From an uncultured Acidobacteriaceae bacterium (GTDB taxonomy: Bacteria > Acidobacteriota > Terriglobia > Terriglobales > Acidobacteriaceae), in assembly GCA_963790705.1 (NCBI GenBank), contig CAWBQE010000021.1, forward strand, positions 12,806 to 76,805: 64,000 nucleotides of DNA, written 5' to 3'. Positions 9,840-17,964 of this stretch are shown here, one piece after another. The notes under the pieces are model-generated. The model ran no database searches and was not told the DNA's origin. It worked only from the letters and a program-made list of their open reading frames with translations. The position numbers and the translations under genes are program-made. The number at the start of each line of letters is the position of its first letter. Position 1 is the stretch's first letter.

Positions 9840-10898
9840 CTACTCACCCTTTCCCTGCTCGTCGGTAAATGGGTCCTTTTTCATTCCCCGCCATTCGACT
9901 GACAGCTTTTGCAGCAGGTCGGTGGGCGTGACTCCATCGTGAACGACAACCCGGTAACGGAGGATCAAAGGTTTACTCGGATGGATGGTCAGCGGGCCGA
10001 ACGAGGTGATACAGGGATTTATCATCCAGAGCACGTTGTGCCAGCGGGTGGGTGGATTCATAGGATGGTCCAGAACGGCCACTCCAACCAGCTTTCCGTC
10101 GCTCTTCAGTTTGATGGAGTAGTCATACCAGGGCTCAGAGGGCCAATCCGAATTAGGCAACGAGTAATGCGGGCCTGGAAGGTCCACCTTGCCGGAGGCA
10201 TTGGAGTAGTAGGAATCCCCATACTTCTGAGCCTGGAATGCGAAGCCGCCAAAGGCTGTCTGGTCGATCACGAAATCCACGACTGGAGCGATGCGGTAGG
10301 TGATGTCGATAACGTAGACGCCATCGCGCTCAGCGACGGCGACATTGTCGGTCTCTTCGACCATCTTCTGGTCATCGACAAACCAGTCATTGTCGATTTC
10401 CAGCTCAGCGTGCTTGTCGTCGGCGTCGAGCACACGTATATCGCGGTTCCTGATACTGCGGCCATCGCGAGGAGCATAAAGGCCCCAGGCCCAGAAGTCG
10501 GCCCGCTTTACGTTGAAGGCGCCTTCGAGGTGGTTGGGAGGAAGCTTGGAAGTATCGACCGGAGTGCGGAATTCAGAATCCAAAATGCCCAGAAAAATAC
10601 CGCGATGCCACGGATGATCGTCGGGTGCGGCATTTGAGACCCTCTCTCCAGAAGGAGTATTTACCGGGTCAAAGTATGCCGCGCTAGGCGACTGAAGATT
10701 GGCTGGAATCTTTGTCTTGTATTCAAAGACGATCTGACCCTGCGGCGTTTTCAGCTGCATACCTTCGCTGGTAGGCGTGAGCGTGTAAGACGCCGAGGCT
10801 GCGCGGGCGTGCATGGTGCAGACAAGCGTGCTCAGGACGAACGTTGAACGGGCTGCTGTCGCAAGAGCTTCGCTCAAATTCCTCGGATACGATGCCAC
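9840..10898 (-). CDS. PmoA-family / DUF6807-like protein, exported
   Basis: AYFDPVNTPSGERVSNAAPDDHPWHRGIFLG...ADFWAWG matches my memory of the DUF6807 core (YxHPxxTPxGxxxT..DHxxHxGxxF..DFW). The GTG start at 10898 is preceded by GGGGAGA. Confidence 0.65.
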   Translation of the reverse strand: MASYPRNLSEALATAARSTFVLSTLVCTMHARAASASYTLTPTSEGMQLKTPQGQIVFEYKTKIPANLQSPSAAYFDPVNTPSGERVSNAAPDDHPWHRGIFLGILDSEFRTPVDTSKLPPNHLEGAFNVKRADFWAWGLYAPRDGRSIRNRDIRVLDADDKHAELEIDNDWFVDDQKMVEETDNVAVAERDGVYVIDITYRIAPVVDFVIDQTAFGGFAFQAQKYGDSYYSNASGKVDLPGPHYSLPNSDWPSEPWYDYSIKLKSDGKLVGVAVLDHPMNPPTRWHNVLWMINPCITSFGPLTIHPSKPLILRYRVVVHDGVTPTDLLQKLSVEWRGMKKDPFTDEQGKGE

Positions 10899-11079
10899 TT
10901 AAATCTCCCCGTACCTGCAGAGGTTTTCTATCTCGTGGCCGATCCCTGTTCGATCGGCTTCAACCTTTACGTTCGTTGAAACCGCTCTTCACCCGCACCA
11001 AACTGCCAAGTGAACGAAGCCCGGCAATCTGGGCTCGCATCGTTGGGCTGGCCTTCCACCGGAGAGCACGATATGCCTC

Positions 11080-11099
11080 AATTGACATCGTTGTCAATT
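11080..11099. promoter_or_regulatory. Candidate LacI-family operator (20-bp palindrome centred on CG) overlapping a TTGACA -35-like hexamer
   Basis: The sequence is aattgacatcgttgtcaatt. The half-sites AATTGACATC and AATTGACAAC match at 9 of 10 positions. It lies 181 bp upstream of the DUF6807 gene start and downstream of the LacI gene, both on the minus strand. Confidence 0.45.
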
Positions 11100-11345
11100 T
11101 CATTCTTTGAAAGGGGAGTTCCGTAATGAACTGCCGCAACCATGTCCAGGAATGGACAGAAAGCGCCTGCCAAGTCGTACAGCCGTATTGAACAGGTGAG
11201 ATCTGCGCCGCCCGCCCGAATTCAGCTCTCTCATAGTGGCGATTGCCGAAGAAGTCGGCTGCCTCTGGTTCCAGAGACGCCCAGTAGGGCTGGGTATCGA
11301 TATAAGGATGATCCCCGAGCGCCGCAGGTGCGGCACTAGCCGGCC

Positions 11346-12359
11346 TTATGCCTGACACCCGCAGGACTGTCGAACGATCAAGCTCGTGGGTAAAACGACA
11401 GCGCGGGAGTGCCCTCCACGGCCCCGGAGGCGTTCGAACAGCAATTTTGCGGCTTCGCGTCCCAGCATCTCGGCAGGCTGTTGAACAACCGATAGACCGG
11501 GGGTTAACATGTCCGCGAGTTCAAAATCGTCGAAGGAGAACATTGGTATATCGCAGCCCGCCTTTTTCCCGAGTTGCCGCAAAGCGCGCAAAGTGAGCAT
11601 GGTGCAAACCCAATTCAAGCTAAAAATCGCGTCCGCCTTCTGAACGCCAAAGACTTCCTTTGCGAGCCATTCGGCAACTAACGCACTCTCGTGCTCCACA
11701 AGACACACTCTCGGCTCAAGGGACGCTCCTTTCATCCCAGCGCGGTAGCCGGCTGCCCGTTCTCTGCAGGTATAAAGGTACGGGCGTGCGCCAATGGCGA
11801 CAATCCTGCGCAAGCCATGACCCACCATGTGCTCGGTTGCCTCTCGTGCGCTGCTACGATTGGTCACGGTCACGGAATCGAGGTCGGCATTTCGCAGCAA
11901 CTGGTCGAAGGTCACGGCATGAACGCCCGCGGGGATGATGTCGCTGAAAGAATCGGTTCGACTATCAATTGGAGCGATAATCAAACCATCTATTTGCCGG
12001 CCGACTAAGCCTTCGATTTCAGATCGTTCCAGACCAACTTCCCCACCCGAACTAGCAAGAATCACCACATAACCATTGGTCCGTGCAACTTCCTGAACAG
12101 CGTGCACCGCATTGGCGAAGAATGGGTCAGAAAGATTAGGCACAATCATTCCGATAGCTGCGGATCTCTTTGCCTTGAGTCCTCGAGCCAGCTCGTTCGG
12201 CCGATAGCCGAGCCGTTCCATGACGGTCCGGATTTTTGCGGCCTTTTCCTGGCTGACGTTTTTGGATCGATTCAGAACTCGGGATGCTGTTTTGAGCGAG
12301 ACGCCGGCTTCTCGAGCGACGTCCACCAATGTGGGAACTTGCGTTCTTTTTACAGCCAT
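11346..12359 (-). CDS. LacI family transcriptional regulator
   Basis: N-terminal HTH PTLVDVAREAGVSLKTASRVLNRSKNVSQEKAAKIRTVMERLGYRPNELARGLK, followed by a periplasmic-binding-protein-like sugar domain. Confidence 0.9.
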   Translation of the reverse strand: MAVKRTQVPTLVDVAREAGVSLKTASRVLNRSKNVSQEKAAKIRTVMERLGYRPNELARGLKAKRSAAIGMIVPNLSDPFFANAVHAVQEVARTNGYVVILASSGGEVGLERSEIEGLVGRQIDGLIIAPIDSRTDSFSDIIPAGVHAVTFDQLLRNADLDSVTVTNRSSAREATEHMVGHGLRRIVAIGARPYLYTCRERAAGYRAGMKGASLEPRVCLVEHESALVAEWLAKEVFGVQKADAIFSLNWVCTMLTLRALRQLGKKAGCDIPMFSFDDFELADMLTPGLSVVQQPAEMLGREAAKLLFERLRGRGGHSRAVVLPTSLIVRQSCGCQA

Positions 12360-12384
12360 TTCTCAGCCAATCCGGTCAATAAGC

Positions 12385-13695
12385 TTAGTGAAGCCAATTC
12401 CCACCTGCTCTTTCTGGTGCGGCGACAGAGCCAAGGGCTGTTCCCCGGGTTTCCGGATACCAAAGCAACACAACGCCGATCTGCAGGACCATGGCCAAGG
12501 AGAAAAAGAAAAAGGCGCGAACAGGTGAGGCATGTTGCATGATCGGAAAGATCGAAACCAGAATAGCATTCGCAATCCAATTCACCGACGAACCATATCC
12601 CTGGCCTGCGCCACGCGTTCCCGGCGAAAACAACTCGCTGAGATATACCCAGACAACCGTTCCTTGAGAAAACGCAAAGAACACATTGTAGGCAACGAGA
12701 ATTGACAAATAGAATAGCGGACCGAGGTGATGTGGGATCGCAAGGCCCAGGCAAAGCAGGCAGACAGCCATTCCGGCAGAGCCCCAAAGCAGAAGAGGCT
12801 TCCGTCCCAACTTATCTACAAACGCCATTCCGAGCACAGTCGTAGCCAGACTGATAAAGGAAATCAGAACTGTGTAAGTGTGCCCTAACAAGACGCCAAG
12901 ACCAGCGCTGGACAGGATATCCAACAGGTACAACAACAAGATGTTCACGCCAGAGAGTTGATTGAAAATCGCGATGCTCGTCGCCAGCAGAATGGGACGT
13001 GTGTTCTTGCGGCAAAATAGTTTTTCACTGCTGAAAGCTCTATCGAGGTCGGACGAGTTCATGTCCTGGCTGTCGCCAGGGCTGATTCTGGAGTTCCCCT
13101 GGGAAATAAACTGCAGCAGGAAAACTAAAATTACTGCGGGGATGACTCCTAATCCCAGGCACCATCTCCATTCGGTTCCTGTTGCTGCCGAATGTGTCAC
13201 TACTAATCCGAGGGAGAACGCTACCAGTACACCTGCGCCCACCTGAACCTGGAACAGGCTGACCAGGCGACCGCGAAGAGCGATTGGAGCTATTTCAGAA
13301 AGATAAAGCGGACAGGCGACGGTAAAGCCCCCAATAGACATGCCGGCCAGGAATCTCATGACCGGAACAAGAATCCACGCCGGCGAAATTGGCAGTGCGA
13401 TCCCGACAGCCGCAAGCGCGTACAGGACTGAACATCTCGCAATCAAATCTCGCCGGCCGACGCGGTCTGCTATCCGCCCCGAGAGAAGAGATCCGCAGAC
13501 AGTTCCCCACAAAGAAGACGACACGGTCAAACCGAAGACCATAGGGGAAAGGTGTAATTGACCTCTGAGGCTTTGGGTTGAAGCAGAAAGCGCTCCAAGA
13601 TCGTACCCGAAAACGAATCCCCCGAACGAGCCAACTAATGCGGCCCTAACCAGGCGCTTGTTCAACTGATATATATCAATCCCAGCTCGTCGCAA
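12385..13695 (-). CDS. Sugar porter family MFS transporter
   Basis: 12-TM pattern with GGFVFGYDLG, GRIADRVGRRDLI and the PETRG motif. The apparent start is TTG. Confidence 0.85.
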   Translation of the reverse strand: MRRAGIDIYQLNKRLVRAALVGSFGGFVFGYDLGALSASTQSLRGQLHLSPMVFGLTVSSSLWGTVCGSLLSGRIADRVGRRDLIARCSVLYALAAVGIALPISPAWILVPVMRFLAGMSIGGFTVACPLYLSEIAPIALRGRLVSLFQVQVGAGVLVAFSLGLVVTHSAATGTEWRWCLGLGVIPAVILVFLLQFISQGNSRISPGDSQDMNSSDLDRAFSSEKLFCRKNTRPILLATSIAIFNQLSGVNILLLYLLDILSSAGLGVLLGHTYTVLISFISLATTVLGMAFVDKLGRKPLLLWGSAGMAVCLLCLGLAIPHHLGPLFYLSILVAYNVFFAFSQGTVVWVYLSELFSPGTRGAGQGYGSSVNWIANAILVSIFPIMQHASPVRAFFFFSLAMVLQIGVVLLWYPETRGTALGSVAAPERAGGNWLH

Positions 13696-13778
13696 CTTCG
13701 AACAAAAGCCAGCGATTGCTCCTCGGACATTCTAGCTGGGAACCAGGAAGCAGATTCAGCTAGGGAATGAGAGCCGCC

Positions 13779-14708
13779 TCAGCCAATGAGCGTATCCAAC
13801 TCCGCAAAGCTCGCAGTACCCTCCATGGGACCTTTGCGCGTCACGGCAATCGCACCACTGGCGCAGGCATAGCGCAGCGAGTGGTCGACCGATTTGCCTT
13901 CTTCGCGGCATGCCGCGTAGGTGGCGCAGAAGCAGTCGCCGGCGCCAGTGGGGTCGACCTCGCGGACCGCGAACGCCGGTACGTCCAGTCGGCACGACCG
14001 GTCGTAATAGGTGCAGCCCGCGCTGCCGTGCTTCACGACGATCTCTCGAATTCCGAGGGCGAGTAGCTGCTCGATGGCCTCGGCCTCCGTTTGCGCATCC
14101 ACGAGCAGGGCCACCTCGTCGCCGCTCGGCAGGAACACGTCGGTCTGTTCGAGGACTGATCGCAACGCTTCCCGAATGCCCGCGCTTCTGAGTATCTCCG
14201 GCCGGATGTTCGGGTCGAAGGAGATTACCCCACCTCGGCGCTTCACCATGCCGATCGCCTTACGGACGGCTGCGGTGATTCCCGGAGAGAACAGTGATGA
14301 ACCCATGACGTGAAACCACGTGCAATCGGCGACCACCGACTCGGTGATCGCCGACGCTGAGAGGCGGCCGGAAGCGCTATTGGCAATGTTGAAGATGAAG
14401 TGGCGCTCGCCCGTCTCCGCGTAGGTGACAAACGCGCTTCCGGTGACCGCGTCGGCGAGCAAGGCGACGGCACTCGTGTCGACACCGTCCCGGCGCAGGC
14501 GGTCGATGTTCAGCCACCCGAAATCATCGTCGCCTACGCAGCCGATAATCCCGGCCGGACGTCCGAGACGGCCCACCTGGTCGATGAAGATGGCGGGAGC
14601 GCCGCTCGCGAAAGGTCCCACCAGGGTGCCCGGCGAGCGGAAGCTCTGGCCGCGCTCGGTCGCCATGATCTCTACCAGGATCTCCCCGATTGTCATGATC
14701 CGGGCCAT
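13779..14708 (-). CDS. PfkB-family carbohydrate kinase
   Basis: MARIMTIGEILVEI.., GGAPA-like N-terminal motif and the C-terminal DPTGAGDCFCATYAA signature. The ATG at 14708 has AAAGGAG 7 nt upstream. The ORF-track start at 14756 is probably too long. Confidence 0.85.
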   Translation of the reverse strand: MARIMTIGEILVEIMATERGQSFRSPGTLVGPFASGAPAIFIDQVGRLGRPAGIIGCVGDDDFGWLNIDRLRRDGVDTSAVALLADAVTGSAFVTYAETGERHFIFNIANSASGRLSASAITESVVADCTWFHVMGSSLFSPGITAAVRKAIGMVKRRGGVISFDPNIRPEILRSAGIREALRSVLEQTDVFLPSGDEVALLVDAQTEAEAIEQLLALGIREIVVKHGSAGCTYYDRSCRLDVPAFAVREVDPTGAGDCFCATYAACREEGKSVDHSLRYACASGAIAVTRKGPMEGTASFAELDTLIG

Positions 14709-14880
14709 GCGCAGGCTCCTTTCAGGGGCGACCCTTGGTCTGCACGTCGATCGCAAGCGCGCACAGAATAACGCATTTCCGAGTTGTAGAGTTACTCGAG
14801 GCCGGAAAGCGGACGGTTGACTGAATCACAAAGTATTTGCTTGCAGCGTTGGTAAGGTGGGTATATTTGAAGGACACATT

Positions 14881-15780
14881 ATGCATCGCCGAAGATTTTT
14901 GCAGACTGCTGCCGCTTTGACTGTTATGTCTACTGTTCGTGCCCGCGCTAATACTCGTTTACCAATCGCGATGGCGGTTGAGTACAACATGCTGCCCCCA
15001 AAGATGTCCATCATGGAGCGGTTTGAGCTTGCCAAGGATTGCGGGTTCGAACGGATAGAGTGCCCCACCACCCGCGATCAGGGGGATGCGGAGAAAATCA
15101 AGGCCGCCTCAGAGAAAACCCGGCTGCCAATCCATTCCGTCATGAATATGGACCACTGGGAATATCCGTTTTCCTCGGCCGACCCGGCGGTGGTGGAACG
15201 GAGCCTGGACGGTGCGCGCGTCTCCATTCGAAACGCGCATTTGTGGGGAGCTACGACGGTGCTTCTGGTGCCAGCCGTGGTGAATGCCCAGACGACGTAC
15301 AAAGAAGCCTATGAGCGGTCTCAACCGGTCATCCGCAAACTGATTCCTTTGGCGGAGGAATTGAATGTAACCCTGGCTCTGGAGGAAGTGTGGAATAAGT
15401 TTCTGCTAAGCCCGCTGGAGTTTGCCCGCTATATCGACGAGTACAATTCGCCGCGCGTGAAGGCTTATTTTGATGTGGGAAATGTAGTGCTGTACGGCTA
15501 CCCGCAGGATTGGATTCGGACGCTGGGCAAGCGGATCGCCAAGCTACACATCAAGGACTTTTACTTCAGGCACGATAAGGGCACCGACAAATCAGTGGCT
15601 GCCTGGGTGCCCTTGGGTGAGGGTGACATCGACTGGACAGCCGTATATGAGGCGCTTCACGACATCGGTTATCAAGGTACAGCGACCCTGGAGCTGGACC
15701 CGGGAGATGCAGCCTATCTGAAAGAGATGCACCGGCGATTTGGACTGATACTCACGGGGGAAATGCCTAAGAAGGCTTGA
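14881..15780 (+). CDS. Xylose-isomerase-like TIM-barrel protein (annotated class 'sugar phosphate isomerase/epimerase') with a twin-arginine signal
   Basis: MHRRRFLQTAAALTVMSTVRARA is a Tat signal. The AP_endonuc_2-type body reads FERIECP..LALEEVWNKFL..YFDVGNVVLYGYPQDWIRTLGKRIAKLHIKD. AAGGA lies upstream of the ATG at 14881. Confidence 0.8.
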   Translation: MHRRRFLQTAAALTVMSTVRARANTRLPIAMAVEYNMLPPKMSIMERFELAKDCGFERIECPTTRDQGDAEKIKAASEKTRLPIHSVMNMDHWEYPFSSADPAVVERSLDGARVSIRNAHLWGATTVLLVPAVVNAQTTYKEAYERSQPVIRKLIPLAEELNVTLALEEVWNKFLLSPLEFARYIDEYNSPRVKAYFDVGNVVLYGYPQDWIRTLGKRIAKLHIKDFYFRHDKGTDKSVAAWVPLGEGDIDWTAVYEALHDIGYQGTATLELDPGDAAYLKEMHRRFGLILTGEMPKKA

Positions 15781-15905
15781 ACGTTGAGGTAGCTGGGCTC
15801 CCTTGAAGACACGGGCTCATCGACTGCATCTACGGGCGCCCGACCGATTCTTTCAGCCACTGGCCAATTCCTCATGGAAGCACCACCCCCGAGCCGATTT
15901 TCGAT

Positions 15906-17507
15906 TCATTTCTTATAGCCCTTGAAGTCCTCGCCGACCTTGATGTTGGGGTATTCTTTAAGACTGCGTTCATATTCGATGATGGTCCTGAAATTCGGCG
16001 CGAAGATCCAGCCCTGGGTCAGGTCGGTGTACCACAGGTTGGAATCCTCGTGTGGATCGCTGCTCAGGTCGTATTGCATCGGAAGCTGCGGCTTGAGGTA
16101 GGCACTCTGGATTGCGGGACTATCAACCGTGTAGCGGAAGATTGTTTTGTAGTACTTCCATTTGATCGACATCAACTCGCCGTCGGCACCAAAAAACATG
16201 TAGCTATCGCGGCCGGTCGTGTTGCTCTTGCCCAGCATGAAAGCCGAGGCGTCGACGCCGTCGATCGGCCGATCCTTGGGCACGAGATTCGACGCACCCG
16301 CTATCCCGGCCAACGTTGGCAGCCAGTCCACGGCAGCGAGCATTTGTTCCGTGACGACACCGCCCGGGACCTTGCCGGGCCAACGGACGATGGCAGGCAC
16401 CCGCATACTTCCCTCGAACGGCGTGTTGAAGAAATCGCCGCGCCAGGGTCCATTCGAACCTGGCCCGGTTTGTGGGATCGTCCCGCCGCCCGCGTTGTCG
16501 CTGCTCAAAATGAACAACGTGTTGTCCTCGATGCCCGCTTCCTTAACCGCATCCAGAACCTGACCGACGCGGTAGTCCATCTCGGCGATCACGTCGGCGA
16601 ACAGTCCGCTGCGCTCGGTGGACTTGTTGACGAAATTTGGATTGCCCATGATGGGCGGGTGCACCTCGGAGTAACCCACGTAGACGAAGAAGGGTTTCTT
16701 CGCCGCAGCGTTGTGCTTGATGTAATCGATTGTCTTCGGGATGATGTACTTCTCGTCCACGATCGGACGCACCATCAGGTCAAGCGGCATGACCGGCGTG
16801 GACGGCGCGCCCTTCTTTCCTTCCCAGATCATCGGCGCCGGCATGCCGGTCTCCTTGAACAGCGGCCACGCCGTATAGCCCGCCTCGTCCCAGCTGTTCA
16901 TGATGCCCCACCACTCGTCGAAGCCTTGATCCGTCGGCAGCCTTCCCGGCGTGTCACCGCAGTGCCACTTGCCGTACAACGCGGTGGCATAGCCGGCTTG
17001 GGAGAGGAGTTCGGCGATGGTGTACTCCCACGGGGCTAGCCCGGATTGCCCCTGCCCGGGAAAAGGGACCGTGAAGGTCCCCGAGCGAACCGGATGGCGC
17101 CCGGTAAGGATGGCCGAGCGCGTCGGCGTGCACTGGACCTCGACGTTGTAATTATTGAAGCGGATGCCCTCGCCGGCAAATTTGTCGAAGCGCGGCGTGG
17201 GTATGGTTCCGCCGTAGGCCCCAAAATTTCCCCAGCCTACGTTGTCCACCAGGATAAAGACGATGTTGGGTGCCACTTTTCTGCCCCCTATAATAAAACT
17301 CAATCGATTTGCCCAAAGTTGAGTGCACACTCCGCAAACCAGGAAAGCGCCGACAACACACCCCACTGAGTGAGTCGGCCTGTGGCTGTTGAAATAGTCG
17401 TCATCTTCATCTTCGGCGAGTTCTGCTTCTGTGCGGAGGATGAAGCTAACGCGCAGGGCAGCACTGCCACTACGAAACACACCGTCAACATTTTCACGTT
17501 TGAGCAC
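15906..17507 (-). CDS. Sulfatase (arylsulfatase family); N-terminus uncertain
   Basis: PNIVFILVDNVGWGNFGAYGG and the formylglycine motif CTPTRSAILTGR. The first ~85 codons of the ORF are atypical (acidic AELAEDEDDD), and the only signal-like stretch is VGCVVGAFLVCGVCTQLWA. Confidence 0.8.
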   Translation of the reverse strand: MLKRENVDGVFRSGSAALRVSFILRTEAELAEDEDDDYFNSHRPTHSVGCVVGAFLVCGVCTQLWANRLSFIIGGRKVAPNIVFILVDNVGWGNFGAYGGTIPTPRFDKFAGEGIRFNNYNVEVQCTPTRSAILTGRHPVRSGTFTVPFPGQGQSGLAPWEYTIAELLSQAGYATALYGKWHCGDTPGRLPTDQGFDEWWGIMNSWDEAGYTAWPLFKETGMPAPMIWEGKKGAPSTPVMPLDLMVRPIVDEKYIIPKTIDYIKHNAAAKKPFFVYVGYSEVHPPIMGNPNFVNKSTERSGLFADVIAEMDYRVGQVLDAVKEAGIEDNTLFILSSDNAGGGTIPQTGPGSNGPWRGDFFNTPFEGSMRVPAIVRWPGKVPGGVVTEQMLAAVDWLPTLAGIAGASNLVPKDRPIDGVDASAFMLGKSNTTGRDSYMFFGADGELMSIKWKYYKTIFRYTVDSPAIQSAYLKPQLPMQYDLSSDPHEDSNLWYTDLTQGWIFAPNFRTIIEYERSLKEYPNIKVGEDFKGYKK

Positions 17508-17839
17508 CTCTTAGATAATTGAAGCTCAATCGATCTTCCCAAGTTGACAGCACACACCGCACACCAGAAAAGCGTGCAGACGAAGCCAGCGTAAAAGCGA
17601 CGCGATAGCCTCAGCCACTGGCAAAAGTGACAGTTTGCAGAGGAAAATCGCCTATGCGCCAGATTGCGCCAAATCACGGGCGCAAGACGGAGACCGCGCA
17701 TATATCCTCACGCCGCTCTGGTTACAACTTCCGGTTAGAACTCCTAAATATCGGAGACAGACAGACGTCGTCTTGATCGTTGCTCACGAGCAACCCGGCA
17801 GCGCCGAAATTCTGCGAGGACCAGAAATTTGATGAGACC

Positions 17840-17853
17840 TGTCACAAGTGACA
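17840..17853. promoter_or_regulatory. Perfect palindrome TGTCAC-AA-GTGACA in the divergent sulfatase intergenic region; candidate regulator site
   Basis: tgtcacaagtgaca. Its right half plus flank (aagtgacagtt) recurs exactly at 17625-17635. Confidence 0.25.
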
Positions 17854-17964
17854 GTTGTGTGGTCCGCATCGTGGTTCATAGACTGCTCGAAATTGTCTTC
17901 CTTTTCCAGGCTGACTAAACAGCGGAAGAGCGAGGCTTAAGTAAAGCAGAGATGACGCAAGGAG

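Noticed and set aside
10960-11358. 132-aa minus-strand ORF between the LacI and DUF6807 genes
   Set aside because: It has no motifs, it overlaps the LacI stop and it spans the candidate operator/promoter. It is more likely an untranslated regulatory region.
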